Of a stretch of DNA of 64,000 nucleotides, positions 9,501-19,045 are shown in pieces. The notes below the pieces were generated by a model. That model saw nothing but the letters and a program-made list of their open reading frames with translations. It ran no database searches and was not told the DNA's origin. The position numbers were made by a program, and so were the translations under genes. The number at the start of each line of letters is the position of its first letter. Position 1 is the first letter of the stretch. The DNA is from an uncultured Gammaproteobacteria bacterium (GTDB lineage: Bacteria; Patescibacteriota; Microgenomatia; UBA8517): assembly GCA_964583685.1 (NCBI GenBank), contig CAZOVJ010000001.1, forward strand, positions 393,152 through 457,151, read 5' to 3'.

Positions 9501-11110
9501 AGAAATTTTTATTCGGATTTGGAATCATTTTAATTCTGATTCTCGGGCTTCTGTTTCGCCTTATCTGGTTGTCCAAATCTCCGCCCTCATTGAACTGGGA
9601 TGAGGCTGCCTTGGGGTACAATGCCTACTCACTTCTTTCAACCAGTAAGGATGAATTTGGTAATAGACTACCAATTTCTCTTCGTTCCTTTGATGATTAC
9701 AAACCGGCTCTTTATGCTTATGCGACCATTCCCTTCATATCTCTTTTCGGCTTAAACGAATTCGCGGTTAGACTCCCTTCTGCCATCTCCGGAACCCTAA
9801 GCATATTTTTTATCTATCTTCTTTGCCAGACTCTTTTCAAGAAAAGAAGCATCTCTCTAATTGCCGCCCTTCTACTGGCAATTGAGCCCTGGTCTGTTCA
9901 CTTCTCCCGAGCCGCCTTTGAAGCGAACCTTGCCCTAGCCCTTTTTCTCGCCGGAATTTATCTTCTCATCAAATCTCAACATAAAAACATTTATCCGTTT
10001 TTAGGCTTTTTTCTACTTGTGCTTTCTGCTTATGCCTACCACTGCCAAAAACTACTTTTTATGCCAGTCATTTTGGCCTCCTTATTGGCCTACAAAAAAT
10101 CACTGATAAAAAACAAGAAAACAATTATCCTTGTCCTTTCCATGACTTTTCTTCTTAGCCTGCCCTTAATAAACCAGTTTTTGTTTCATCAAGAAACCCT
10201 GGGCCGGCTCGGCTCGACCTCAATAATAAAAATCTGGCAAGACAAATTCTCTCAAACTCCAAATCTCTTGATTGAAAACCCGCTTTTTTTTATCGCTAAA
10301 GACCTGGGTTCACACTATCTCTCATATTTCTCACCAGTCAATCTCTTTGTTCGGGGAACAGGAGAACCAACTCAGCACATTCCCAACTTTGGCATGTTTT
10401 ACAACTTCGAATTTTTCTTTTGGCTAATCGGCTGCTTTTTGTTAATAAAGAACTTCAAAAAGCAAAAATTTTTAAGTTTTCTTATCCTGATCGCTCCCTT
10501 GCCGGCCGCCATTACCTGGAACTGGTTTTATCCGGCCAGGGTTTTACTGCTTTTTGCTCTTTTCTCAATATTAATTGCCTGGGGTTTTGAATACGTCTTT
10601 GCCTGGCTCCTTTCCGCCCGACGGCCTTTTCATCTTCTTCTCTTCTTGGCGATACTTATTTTTGGTCTCATCAATGCTGCCAACCTGGCAACCTCGCTTC
10701 TTTTCTATCTTCCCTATCAAGAACGGGGTAATTGGCAATTTGGCATGGGCGAAATAACCCAAGAAATTTCAAAAAACGAAAACAATTACCAGCAAGTTAT
10801 ATTTGAAACCAAAACCGCCCAACCCCATATTTTTGTTCTTTTTTATTCAAAATACCCACCTCGTCAATACCACCAAGAAATAGAGACTCTATCTAGGAAA
10901 AAATCCCCTAGGAAATGTTTTGATTTTGGAAAATACAAATTCCGAGATGTCTACTGGCCGAAGGATAAAAAACTAGCCAATACCCTTTTGGTTGGCCCGG
11001 AATCGAGCCTTCCCTTGGAAAAAATAAAAACCCAGGAAAATGTGAATTTTATTCAAGATGTAAGAGATTCAGAGGGAATTTTACTAGCCCGATTGGTTGG
11101 TTTGAGGTAA
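9476..11110 (+). CDS. GT-C glycosyltransferase, ArnT/PMT family, paralog 5
   Basis: NWDEAALGYNAYSLLSTSKDEFG...GLNEFAVRLPSAI. Confidence 0.85.
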   Translation: MDRLFQQIKKFLFGFGIILILILGLLFRLIWLSKSPPSLNWDEAALGYNAYSLLSTSKDEFGNRLPISLRSFDDYKPALYAYATIPFISLFGLNEFAVRLPSAISGTLSIFFIYLLCQTLFKKRSISLIAALLLAIEPWSVHFSRAAFEANLALALFLAGIYLLIKSQHKNIYPFLGFFLLVLSAYAYHCQKLLFMPVILASLLAYKKSLIKNKKTIILVLSMTFLLSLPLINQFLFHQETLGRLGSTSIIKIWQDKFSQTPNLLIENPLFFIAKDLGSHYLSYFSPVNLFVRGTGEPTQHIPNFGMFYNFEFFFWLIGCFLLIKNFKKQKFLSFLILIAPLPAAITWNWFYPARVLLLFALFSILIAWGFEYVFAWLLSARRPFHLLLFLAILIFGLINAANLATSLLFYLPYQERGNWQFGMGEITQEISKNENNYQQVIFETKTAQPHIFVLFYSKYPPRQYHQEIETLSRKKSPRKCFDFGKYKFRDVYWPKDKKLANTLLVGPESSLPLEKIKTQENVNFIQDVRDSEGILLARLVGLR

Positions 11111-12346
11111 AAGGACAATTAGCAAGAGCCAGAAGAAAACAAGAATATTAATAACTGATAGTGTTGGCATAAACCAGGCCGTGCGATAAATTAATTCTAA
11201 GCCAGCAAGAGGCGGTGCCCAGAAAAGGTGATAAAGATTGAGCAAGTGAGTGATGGAGAGAATAATATAAGGAATAAGCATCCCGGGAACTAGTCCAAGC
11301 AAAATTGTGGCAACAGGGAAAAAAGGGTAAAGATAACGTTCGTGAATACGAGTCATAAATAAAAAGCTTATTAGAGACAGCAAAACTAAGGCTGTAAAAA
11401 TCCTTTTATCTGAAAGTTTCTTTTTCTTCAACCAGAAAGTCGCTGCTATAATACCCGCTCCCAGCAAAACAAAACCCCAAATCCTGGCCGCTATGCCAAA
11501 ATATAGGCTCGAGTCCAAAACTTTTCCAGGATTAACTAACCACCAAAAATTAAATGCATTGGCAGTTAAATATCCTATCTCTCCGGGAAAAATCCTATTT
11601 TTATATAAATTAAAAAGCCATAAAAAGACATCGGTTTGGGGATGGAACCAAATCGAGACTACAAAGAGAGTTCCCAGTGAGACCAGAACGGCCTTAATCC
11701 ACAATTTCAGTTTGTAGCCTTGGACAAGAGCAATAACAAGTAGAATAGGAACAAATATGGCCAGAGAACCCTTAAAAAGCAAGGACAGAGTCATAGAAAA
11801 GGTAAATTTCAAGAAATCTTTTTTAAGCAAGTAATAAACTCCGATCAGGCCCAAGAAGTTAACCACACTATCTGTTTGACCCCAAATTGAAGAGTTATAC
11901 AAAGTAATTGGATTAAAAAGCCATACTGCACTTAATAATAGAGCTTTTTTGCTCTTTCTTTTTTTAAAGTAAGTATAAATTAACCAAGCAATACCCATAT
12001 CAGCAACAATTCCCGGAAGCTTTAGCAAAAGCACCATTCCCCGTTCTTCCCAAAACCAAATAAAACCAGAGGGAAAAATTCGAATAGTGTTATTTAAAAA
12101 CCAAGATAGTTTCTCTATCGCCAGCCAAACAGCTCTGGCAAAGGCAAAAGTAAGTATTGTCAAAGGTGGCTGATTAGGAGCAGAAAAGGGCCAACTTGCA
12201 CCTTCGTAAAAATTCTTCAGTCCTCGATCAAAGGCCAAGGTCGCCCAAGAAATGTTGTTGTTTAAATCACCATGATAAGCCACAAAAATCAAAGAGAGCC
12301 GGAAAACAAAAGCCAAGAGAAAAATTTTGAGAATCTTTTTTTTCAT
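11084..12346 (-). CDS. Polytopic membrane protein, possibly a GT-C mannosyltransferase-like (DUF2029/GT87-like) protein
   Basis: 420 aa, about 9 or more TM helices. Family assignment is tentative, from overall architecture only. Confidence 0.45.
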   Translation of the reverse strand: MKKKILKIFLLAFVFRLSLIFVAYHGDLNNNISWATLAFDRGLKNFYEGASWPFSAPNQPPLTILTFAFARAVWLAIEKLSWFLNNTIRIFPSGFIWFWEERGMVLLLKLPGIVADMGIAWLIYTYFKKRKSKKALLLSAVWLFNPITLYNSSIWGQTDSVVNFLGLIGVYYLLKKDFLKFTFSMTLSLLFKGSLAIFVPILLVIALVQGYKLKLWIKAVLVSLGTLFVVSIWFHPQTDVFLWLFNLYKNRIFPGEIGYLTANAFNFWWLVNPGKVLDSSLYFGIAARIWGFVLLGAGIIAATFWLKKKKLSDKRIFTALVLLSLISFLFMTRIHERYLYPFFPVATILLGLVPGMLIPYIILSITHLLNLYHLFWAPPLAGLELIYRTAWFMPTLSVINILVFFWLLLIVLLPQTNQSG

Positions 12347-13389
12347 AGATAGGCGAAAACTGTTAATAAAAAGGAGGCATAGAAAATTCTCTTATGCTTG
12401 TAAACATATTTGTAGCCAGCCAATAAGCCAAGAGGAAAAAACACAGCCAGATATCTCCTCAGCTCTTCCAAAAAAGGAGCAGGAACTATTGAGAAAACGA
12501 AAACCATTGTCAAAATTGACCAAGTTTTAATAAAAACTTCGTCATTTTTAAGGAGAAAAGCACCTTTATTTTTCATTATTTTGAAAAATAAGAAAAAGGA
12601 GAAAAGGCTGTAACTAATTCCGGAAATCAAGATTCGCCATTGTTTCCAATCAATAGCCCTAAAAATATCTAAAAATATTTGTAGTGGGCCTAGGTTAAAA
12701 CTATAAATTGTATGATAAACATCCAATTGATAAAAAATTGCCAGCCAACTCTTGGTAAAAAAAGAAAAATTAAAGATAAAAAGCAAGCCGGGGAAAATAA
12801 GATAAATCAAAGAGCTTTTAATGGCTAATTTTTCCTTTTTCTCCTTCAGCAGAAAAGCCAAAAGGCCTAAAAATATACAAAGCGAAACAGGCCTGACTAT
12901 CGTAGCATAACCGGATAATAAACTAGCCAAAAAATACTTTCTTTTATGAAAGCATAAATAAATAAGCATGAAGAGAGCGATAATCAGGGTTTCGGTACTA
13001 ATCTTACTGGTCTGCTCAAAAATTATTGGCGGAAAAAGGGTTATCCATAAAGAAAAAATCGGGTTTTTAGTCAACCGATAAGTAACAAAAAAAATAATAA
13101 ATAAACATAAGGCGCTGATTATCAAACCTGAAAATGGCAAATTGTGAATCACTGGATTTAAAAGAAAAATTAAAATCGGCAGTCCGGGAAGAAGCCTATT
13201 ATCTGCATATGTAAGGGTATTAGGAAAACTCCCAGATTCTAAAGCATTAGTATAGACTAAGAAATTTTCCTGCTCCAAGGAATCAGTTCCTATATTTAAG
13301 CCATGGGGATTTTTAGCTAGAAAAAGCAGGCAGTGTAAAAGAAGAGCAATGGCAAAATAAAAAAAACAAATTGACAGGTTTTTTCTCAT
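12343..13389 (-). CDS. Polytopic membrane protein, unknown function
   Basis: 348-aa hydrophobic ORF. ATGA overlap with both neighbours in the operon. Confidence 0.55.
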   Translation of the reverse strand: MRKNLSICFFYFAIALLLHCLLFLAKNPHGLNIGTDSLEQENFLVYTNALESGSFPNTLTYADNRLLPGLPILIFLLNPVIHNLPFSGLIISALCLFIIFFVTYRLTKNPIFSLWITLFPPIIFEQTSKISTETLIIALFMLIYLCFHKRKYFLASLLSGYATIVRPVSLCIFLGLLAFLLKEKKEKLAIKSSLIYLIFPGLLFIFNFSFFTKSWLAIFYQLDVYHTIYSFNLGPLQIFLDIFRAIDWKQWRILISGISYSLFSFFLFFKIMKNKGAFLLKNDEVFIKTWSILTMVFVFSIVPAPFLEELRRYLAVFFPLGLLAGYKYVYKHKRIFYASFLLTVFAYL

Positions 13390-15128
13390 TCTTGAGATTT
13401 TCCTTTAAACAAATAAAAGGCTGGCTCGCCGGAGGGAAAGGAAATTGCTTTAACTATTTCTAAATCTTCGGGAACCCGCTCCGGCTCCATGATTAAATTC
13501 ACCTTAATCTCTTTTTCCGTTGCCAGATAGAGGGTTTGCTCATCCAAAACCTGTCCCCAAGAATAAAAACCATCACCTCCTGGCGAGCCAAAATAGAATT
13601 TGTCAATATGAGAAACTTCGCCAAACCCCTTCAAATAAACTTTATTGTTCAAAGGAAACTCTTTTTGCCATTTATCAGGAGGATACTGATACCAAGCGGC
13701 AAAAAATACCCATGGCGGTTCATTGGTGGTTGAAATTATCACCTTATCATAGTTTTTCTCGAGCGCTTTAATAGATTGAATCGATTCCTGAAAGCCAGCA
13801 TGCCACCATCGCTCAGAATACCAGGGATTGTGCACCCAAAAATTGTGTTGGTAAAAGATAAAACTGAGAACAAAAAAGGATAAATAAATACCCATAAACA
13901 AAAACTTAAAATTTTTCGGCAACCTTCTCAAGCTCTCTAAGAGTCCATAGGCAATCAAAAATATAAGCGGAGGAAGGATTAAAATAAGCCGAGTGGCGTG
14001 TTTACCCCCTTCCCGAGTAATAGCTGCCGGAACAACTCCCACCAAGAGCCAAAAAGCAATCAGGCTTTTAATTTTCTTGTTCCTAAATCGGCTGAAGAAT
14101 AAAATCAGACCCAAAATAAGAGGAATTACTTCAATCTTATAAAACTGGCCAATACCTTCAATTGAATGGCGCAAATTTAAATCTCCTTTGTTAAAGAGAA
14201 AATCTGTTGAAAAGCTCTCAAAGTAATTGCTGAGAATATTTGAGCCCCAAAAAGTAAACTTATTATGAAAAAGTCTATCAATAATCGTTGGCTGCAGGCC
14301 TTCTCCCAGTTCTCCTCGCATCCGGGCATCAATCAACCTGCTAAATCCCACTTCAGATTCGGTCGTTGGGTCTGTCAGGACACTGATATAGCCGAACCTG
14401 GCTGCCCCGCCGCTAAAAAGAGTACTGTAAACAATGGGCAAACCGACGATGAGCAGGGCCAGGAAACTGGTAAGCAGGTGCTTCTGAGAAAGCTTAAATA
14501 TTTCTTTCCTCCAAATCAGGAAAAGAAAGAGCAAAAGAAAAGGCGTAAAAAGCTTGGCTGTGCTGTAAACCCAGGGAGTCAGACCAAAACAAAGGGCTGA
14601 GAGCCACAGCCACTTACCGTTCTTTAAGGATTTGAAAAATAAATAAAGGCCGATGAGCAAGAAAAAAAGAAGCTGAGTAACCTCGAAAGCAGCCCGACTG
14701 TATTGAATGTGCCAGGGAGAAAATGTCAAGACTGCGGCTGAAATAAGGGCAAAACACTCATCTTTTGTTATTTCCTTGACCAACAGATACAATGCCCAAA
14801 TACCAAGTATGCCAAAAATGACTGCCGCTAATCTGACCCCCAACGGACTGATTCCAAAGAGGGCAACCGTGGGCACAGTAGAATAAAGATAGAGGGGAGT
14901 CCGCCATTCTGCCAGAGAATGAAAGTGCAAGGGCCAAGGATTTCCTGAATAGTCTTTTCCTGTTTTTAAAATAGAATAAGCTTGATAGCCAACATCCAGC
15001 TCGTCGCCAAACAAAGATACAGGAACTTGCTCGATCCTCCAAAGACGAAGAAAGACTGCAACTGCCAATATCAAAAATAAGATAACTAATTTTTTCTTTT
15101 TCTCATACATATTTTCTGACCAGACCAA
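13386..15128 (-). CDS. GT-C glycosyltransferase, ArnT/PMT family, paralog 6
   Basis: FGDELDVGYQAYSILKTGKDYSGNPWPLHF. C-terminal KFYFGSP motif. Confidence 0.8.
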   Translation of the reverse strand: MVWSENMYEKKKKLVILFLILAVAVFLRLWRIEQVPVSLFGDELDVGYQAYSILKTGKDYSGNPWPLHFHSLAEWRTPLYLYSTVPTVALFGISPLGVRLAAVIFGILGIWALYLLVKEITKDECFALISAAVLTFSPWHIQYSRAAFEVTQLLFFLLIGLYLFFKSLKNGKWLWLSALCFGLTPWVYSTAKLFTPFLLLFLFLIWRKEIFKLSQKHLLTSFLALLIVGLPIVYSTLFSGGAARFGYISVLTDPTTESEVGFSRLIDARMRGELGEGLQPTIIDRLFHNKFTFWGSNILSNYFESFSTDFLFNKGDLNLRHSIEGIGQFYKIEVIPLILGLILFFSRFRNKKIKSLIAFWLLVGVVPAAITREGGKHATRLILILPPLIFLIAYGLLESLRRLPKNFKFLFMGIYLSFFVLSFIFYQHNFWVHNPWYSERWWHAGFQESIQSIKALEKNYDKVIISTTNEPPWVFFAAWYQYPPDKWQKEFPLNNKVYLKGFGEVSHIDKFYFGSPGGDGFYSWGQVLDEQTLYLATEKEIKVNLIMEPERVPEDLEIVKAISFPSGEPAFYLFKGKSQE

Positions 15129-15895
15129 AGAATGAAATTAAACAGATAATGTTTTAATACCCCGTGGTAAATTTTACTAGATGAAACAAGAAATTTCATC
15201 TTACCAGCACTGGCTCCGTGCTGGTGGATAACCTTAGCTGTAGGTAAATAATAAACCTTTAAACCTAGTTCCTTAACCCGGCGACAATAATCAAGGTCCT
15301 CAAAATACATAAAATAGCGCTCGTCCAAAAGCCCTACCCTTTTTCTTGCTTCTGGGGTAATCAAAAAGGCTGCCCCGACTATTGCCTCCACTTCTTCAGG
15401 CCTATCTAGTCTGGGTGCATATTTATCCAGAAGGCTCTTTTTTCCCAACCAATATTGTCTGATGGCCCGAGAAATGGTTGGCAATCTATAAACAGATGCT
15501 TGAACCTTTTTGTCGGGGTGCAAAAGTCTGGGGCCGACAACGCCTGCGTCAGTTGTTTCTTTGGCAAAATAATAGAGCTTGTCAATTGCTGCTTTTTTAA
15601 CCTCTGTATCCGAATTTAAAAGCAAAATAAATTCAGCCTTGGCCCTTTTTATGCCCTGGTTATTCGCTTTGGCAAATCCGAGATTCTCCTTATTTCTGAT
15701 AATTTTGATTTTTGTCCTGCAGCGGCGGGATTGATTTTTGATTTTATAGAGGGCGGCAACCGATCCATCGGTTGAGCCATTATCTACCACAATCACCTCA
15801 TACTTTATTTTTGGTTTTGATGTAAAAATAGAATTAAGACACCTAAGTAATAACTTTTTGGTATTAAAATTAACAATAATTATTGAAAGATTCAT
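15086..15895 (-). CDS. GT2 family glycosyltransferase
   Basis: LSIIIVNFNTKKLL...VIVVDNGSTDGS...LLLNSDTE (DxD-like). Confidence 0.8.
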   Translation of the reverse strand: MNLSIIIVNFNTKKLLLRCLNSIFTSKPKIKYEVIVVDNGSTDGSVAALYKIKNQSRRCRTKIKIIRNKENLGFAKANNQGIKRAKAEFILLLNSDTEVKKAAIDKLYYFAKETTDAGVVGPRLLHPDKKVQASVYRLPTISRAIRQYWLGKKSLLDKYAPRLDRPEEVEAIVGAAFLITPEARKRVGLLDERYFMYFEDLDYCRRVKELGLKVYYLPTAKVIHQHGASAGKMKFLVSSSKIYHGVLKHYLFNFILWSGQKICMRKRKN

Positions 15896-16809
15896 ATTTC
15901 TGTATTAAACCTGGCAAAAATTGCCTCATCAGAAACAATTGCTTCTCTTTTTTCTCTTTCTCTTAACCTTCTCAAAGTTTTAATTTTTAAGAGGGCCACC
16001 AAAACAGGTATCAAATAACCGGGATTCTTAAAAATTCTTAAGAATAAACCGCTTAAGTGCTTTTTGAAAAGAATCGGGCTGGTCAAATTTTTCCAGATAA
16101 AAAGCAGCTGATTTCTTTCTTTGATAATATTCAACCGGCGTTTGCTAAAATTATTCGGATTAACAGTCGCTTCATGCTGATGAATCACCTTTGATTTTGG
16201 CTCCCATAAAAGTTGATAGCCTCGCTTTAGTGCACGATAGCATATATCAATATCCTCCCAATAAAATGGCGAGAAAAGCTTTTCATCCATACCCTTAAGA
16301 CTCATCCAAATACTTCTTTTAAATACACCGCTTCCTCCATTGACCCAAAAAGTTGGGCTCGCTTTTCTCTTCTCTTTCCCAGGTGAATGAACGATAAAAC
16401 CTTTGCTAAACTTTGCCAGAGCATAACCATAACCTTTCTCATGAAGAGAAACAGCAAAAACTTTCTTGTTTTTAAAATGGCTAATAGCCTTTTCCAGAAA
16501 ATTCTTACTTGGCGCCACGTCGGTATTCAAAAGACAAATTAATTCCGACCTGGCCATTCTCACCCCGGTATTAACCGCCGCCGAAAAGCCCCGATTTTCT
16601 TTGTGTCTGATAAGCTTAAATTGAGAGGCAAAATTTTTCTTTAGATAGTCAACTGAAGAGTCTGTTGATTTATCATCAACAACAATAATCTCGCGAATTT
16701 TATTACTTCGCTGTGTTTGGGTTTGCAAAACCTTGGGAAAATTTTTTTCAAGCAGCTTTCTCCCATTCCAATTTGGAATAACAATGGAAACAGTCAAATT
16801 TTGAACCAT
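15892..16809 (-). CDS. GT2 family glycosyltransferase
   Basis: VSIVIPNWNGRKLL...IIVVDDKSTDSS...LLNTDV. Confidence 0.8.
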   Translation of the reverse strand: MVQNLTVSIVIPNWNGRKLLEKNFPKVLQTQTQRSNKIREIIVVDDKSTDSSVDYLKKNFASQFKLIRHKENRGFSAAVNTGVRMARSELICLLNTDVAPSKNFLEKAISHFKNKKVFAVSLHEKGYGYALAKFSKGFIVHSPGKEKRKASPTFWVNGGSGVFKRSIWMSLKGMDEKLFSPFYWEDIDICYRALKRGYQLLWEPKSKVIHQHEATVNPNNFSKRRLNIIKERNQLLFIWKNLTSPILFKKHLSGLFLRIFKNPGYLIPVLVALLKIKTLRRLREREKREAIVSDEAIFARFNTEI

Positions 16810-16810
16810 T

Positions 16811-17461
16811 TTACAGCTTGCGCACCTTTATCAGATGTAACATTCCTAATAAGAATTTTCTATCTTCCTCTATTTTAAACCCGGCATTCTTTACCAGACG
16901 CGATAAATAATTATTCCTAAAACTCTGGATGTGAGTATGCTCCCAAATCTTTCCCCTAAACTTTGTCCAAATAAACCAGACAGCCTTGAACAAAATAGAA
17001 TCAGATGGCACTAAGAATACTGCATATCCCTTTCTTTTGAGAACTCTTTTAATTTCTTTGAGAACATTCTTTGGTTGATAAATATGCTCTAAGACCTCAA
17101 GCATAAAAACCGCATCAAAGCTTTGCGTCTTGAAATTAAGCTTATGAGCATCGCCAAGTTTAAACTTCATTTTCCTATTTCTTCGCCAATGTCTATTGGC
17201 CCAATCGACAGAGGTCTTTAAAACATCAATGCCGACCAGTTCGTCTGCCTTGGATTTATCAAGAATAACCTTACTGAAAGTTCCATCAGCACTACCAATA
17301 TCTAAAATCCTCCCACCACTGGGCTCAATTAACTTGGCCACTTCCTCAAAACGTCTGGTGTGCCAAAAGCGTTGAAAAATATTCTCTTTAATAGAGCGAT
17401 AATACCAGTCAGGGGGAACATGACTGTGCAGATCGGCCGCACTTTTAAGCCTTTTATTCAT
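16811..17461 (-). CDS. Class I SAM-dependent methyltransferase
   Basis: Motif I ILDIGSADGTFS. Acidic residue after beta-2 (GIDV). Size 216 aa. Confidence 0.7.
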   Translation of the reverse strand: MNKRLKSAADLHSHVPPDWYYRSIKENIFQRFWHTRRFEEVAKLIEPSGGRILDIGSADGTFSKVILDKSKADELVGIDVLKTSVDWANRHWRRNRKMKFKLGDAHKLNFKTQSFDAVFMLEVLEHIYQPKNVLKEIKRVLKRKGYAVFLVPSDSILFKAVWFIWTKFRGKIWEHTHIQSFRNNYLSRLVKNAGFKIEEDRKFLLGMLHLIKVRKL

Positions 17462-19028
17462 TAGTAGTTCCCTTAATTCTTTTTTGGATTCTTATTTCTC
17501 CAAAGCGTTTCTCATCAATTAAGGTTGAAAAAGCATCCTCCTCTGCAATTGTTGCAGACAAATAGCGCTGAGGAATACCGCCCATGGGCTCAAGAATTAA
17601 GTAATACAACTCTGTACTTTCTTTTGTGGTTGGCAAACTATCAAGCAGGCCAATCTGGTTTCTACCGTGCCACTCAGGTAAATAGTCATAGTTTGCCAAG
17701 CCATGCCATTTGTAAAGATATGCCCAGACAATGTTAATCCACAAGGGGCTGGTCAAAGAATTCAAACTAAAAGGCTCACCCTCGGCTTCTCTATATGTGT
17801 AATCAATCGCTTTTAACTGCTTTGCCAAAAGCATATCTTTTTGGATAGCAAAAAGAGTACTTCCTTTAGGATTCTCTCTCATAATCATGCCCAAGTTGCC
17901 AAAAATCAAGAGCAGTAAAATAAAAACAGCAATAAGTTTACCTGCCTGCGCAGACAGGTATTGTTTCTCCCACAAGTTATATAAAAATATGGCCATGATA
18001 ATAGATACTGCTGGCCCAATTCCAACCATCAAAAAGGGCGTGCTTGTCCCACCAACCGTCACCACGGCTAAATGACTTAATAACCAACTGGCTAAAAAAG
18101 GACCCCAAGAAATCCGTTGACTGACGGACACGCCCTTTTTTTGTTTTTTCCACTGAAGCAAGGCCAAAACAATTAAGGCAATAACAAAAGCACCACCATA
18201 ACCTATATTCCCCGGATAGCTGTTGAAAGCAAAAATACGGCCAATTTGATTAAGATAAAGAATCAAGTAGTCTCCAAGGGATTTGGCATAAGCCAAAGAC
18301 GCCTCTTGAGCTAAAGCCAACTGTTTTAGGCCGGACAAACTCTTAAAACCAAACTTAACTTCTGCTAAGACCATTGTAGACAAAGAAGCGAAAAGAAATA
18401 AAACAAAAGTAATAAATTGTTTCCTTTGTAATCTTTTCCTGCTGAGCCACAACCACAAAGCAACTGGAACAAGGTGATAGGCAAGAAAGATTTCTGCCTG
18501 GATACTTAAGCCCAAACCCAATGCCGCCAGGGCCGGCCCCCACTTCTTTTTTCCCGCCTTAATCCAGGCCCAAAGGCCAAGATAAATAAGGGGAACTGTC
18601 CAAACCCCTATGGTTGGATTGGAAAGCCAGGTGGCGTATTGGGTTGCCTCAAATGAAATGGCAAAAAGAAATGCGGCTAAAAAGGCTGCCCCTTTTTTCT
18701 TTGTCAAAAGATAAGTTAAGTAAAAGACAACAAAAACAGTTGCGGCATTAAACAGAGCGACCCAGTATGCTGCAATAACAGGACTTCCCTTTCCAATCCA
18801 ATATCCTGGAGCCAAAAAATAATAGTAAAAAACTCCATGATAAAGACCGGGTGTTGACGCAGGCGGGCCCAAAATCTTTAAATCACCATGGACAATTTCC
18901 TGAGAGACATAGGCATCTCTTGCCTGATCATAACCAAAGGTAAGCGCTAGTTTTGGTAAAAATAAAACCCTCAAGAAGTAAGCTAACAAAAAAATACTGA
19001 AGATAATTATCAGGTCAACTTTTTTCAT
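17454..19028 (-). CDS. GT-C-like polytopic membrane protein, 'RD-motif' family paralog A
   Basis: N-terminal loop GYDQARDAYVSQEIVHGDLKILGPP resembles 42856..44343, 44327..45826 and 46809..48413. Confidence 0.65.
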   Translation of the reverse strand: MKKVDLIIIFSIFLLAYFLRVLFLPKLALTFGYDQARDAYVSQEIVHGDLKILGPPASTPGLYHGVFYYYFLAPGYWIGKGSPVIAAYWVALFNAATVFVVFYLTYLLTKKKGAAFLAAFLFAISFEATQYATWLSNPTIGVWTVPLIYLGLWAWIKAGKKKWGPALAALGLGLSIQAEIFLAYHLVPVALWLWLSRKRLQRKQFITFVLFLFASLSTMVLAEVKFGFKSLSGLKQLALAQEASLAYAKSLGDYLILYLNQIGRIFAFNSYPGNIGYGGAFVIALIVLALLQWKKQKKGVSVSQRISWGPFLASWLLSHLAVVTVGGTSTPFLMVGIGPAVSIIMAIFLYNLWEKQYLSAQAGKLIAVFILLLLIFGNLGMIMRENPKGSTLFAIQKDMLLAKQLKAIDYTYREAEGEPFSLNSLTSPLWINIVWAYLYKWHGLANYDYLPEWHGRNQIGLLDSLPTTKESTELYYLILEPMGGIPQRYLSATIAEEDAFSTLIDEKRFGEIRIQKRIKGTTNE

Positions 19029-19045
19029 AAACCAACTTTAGGCAA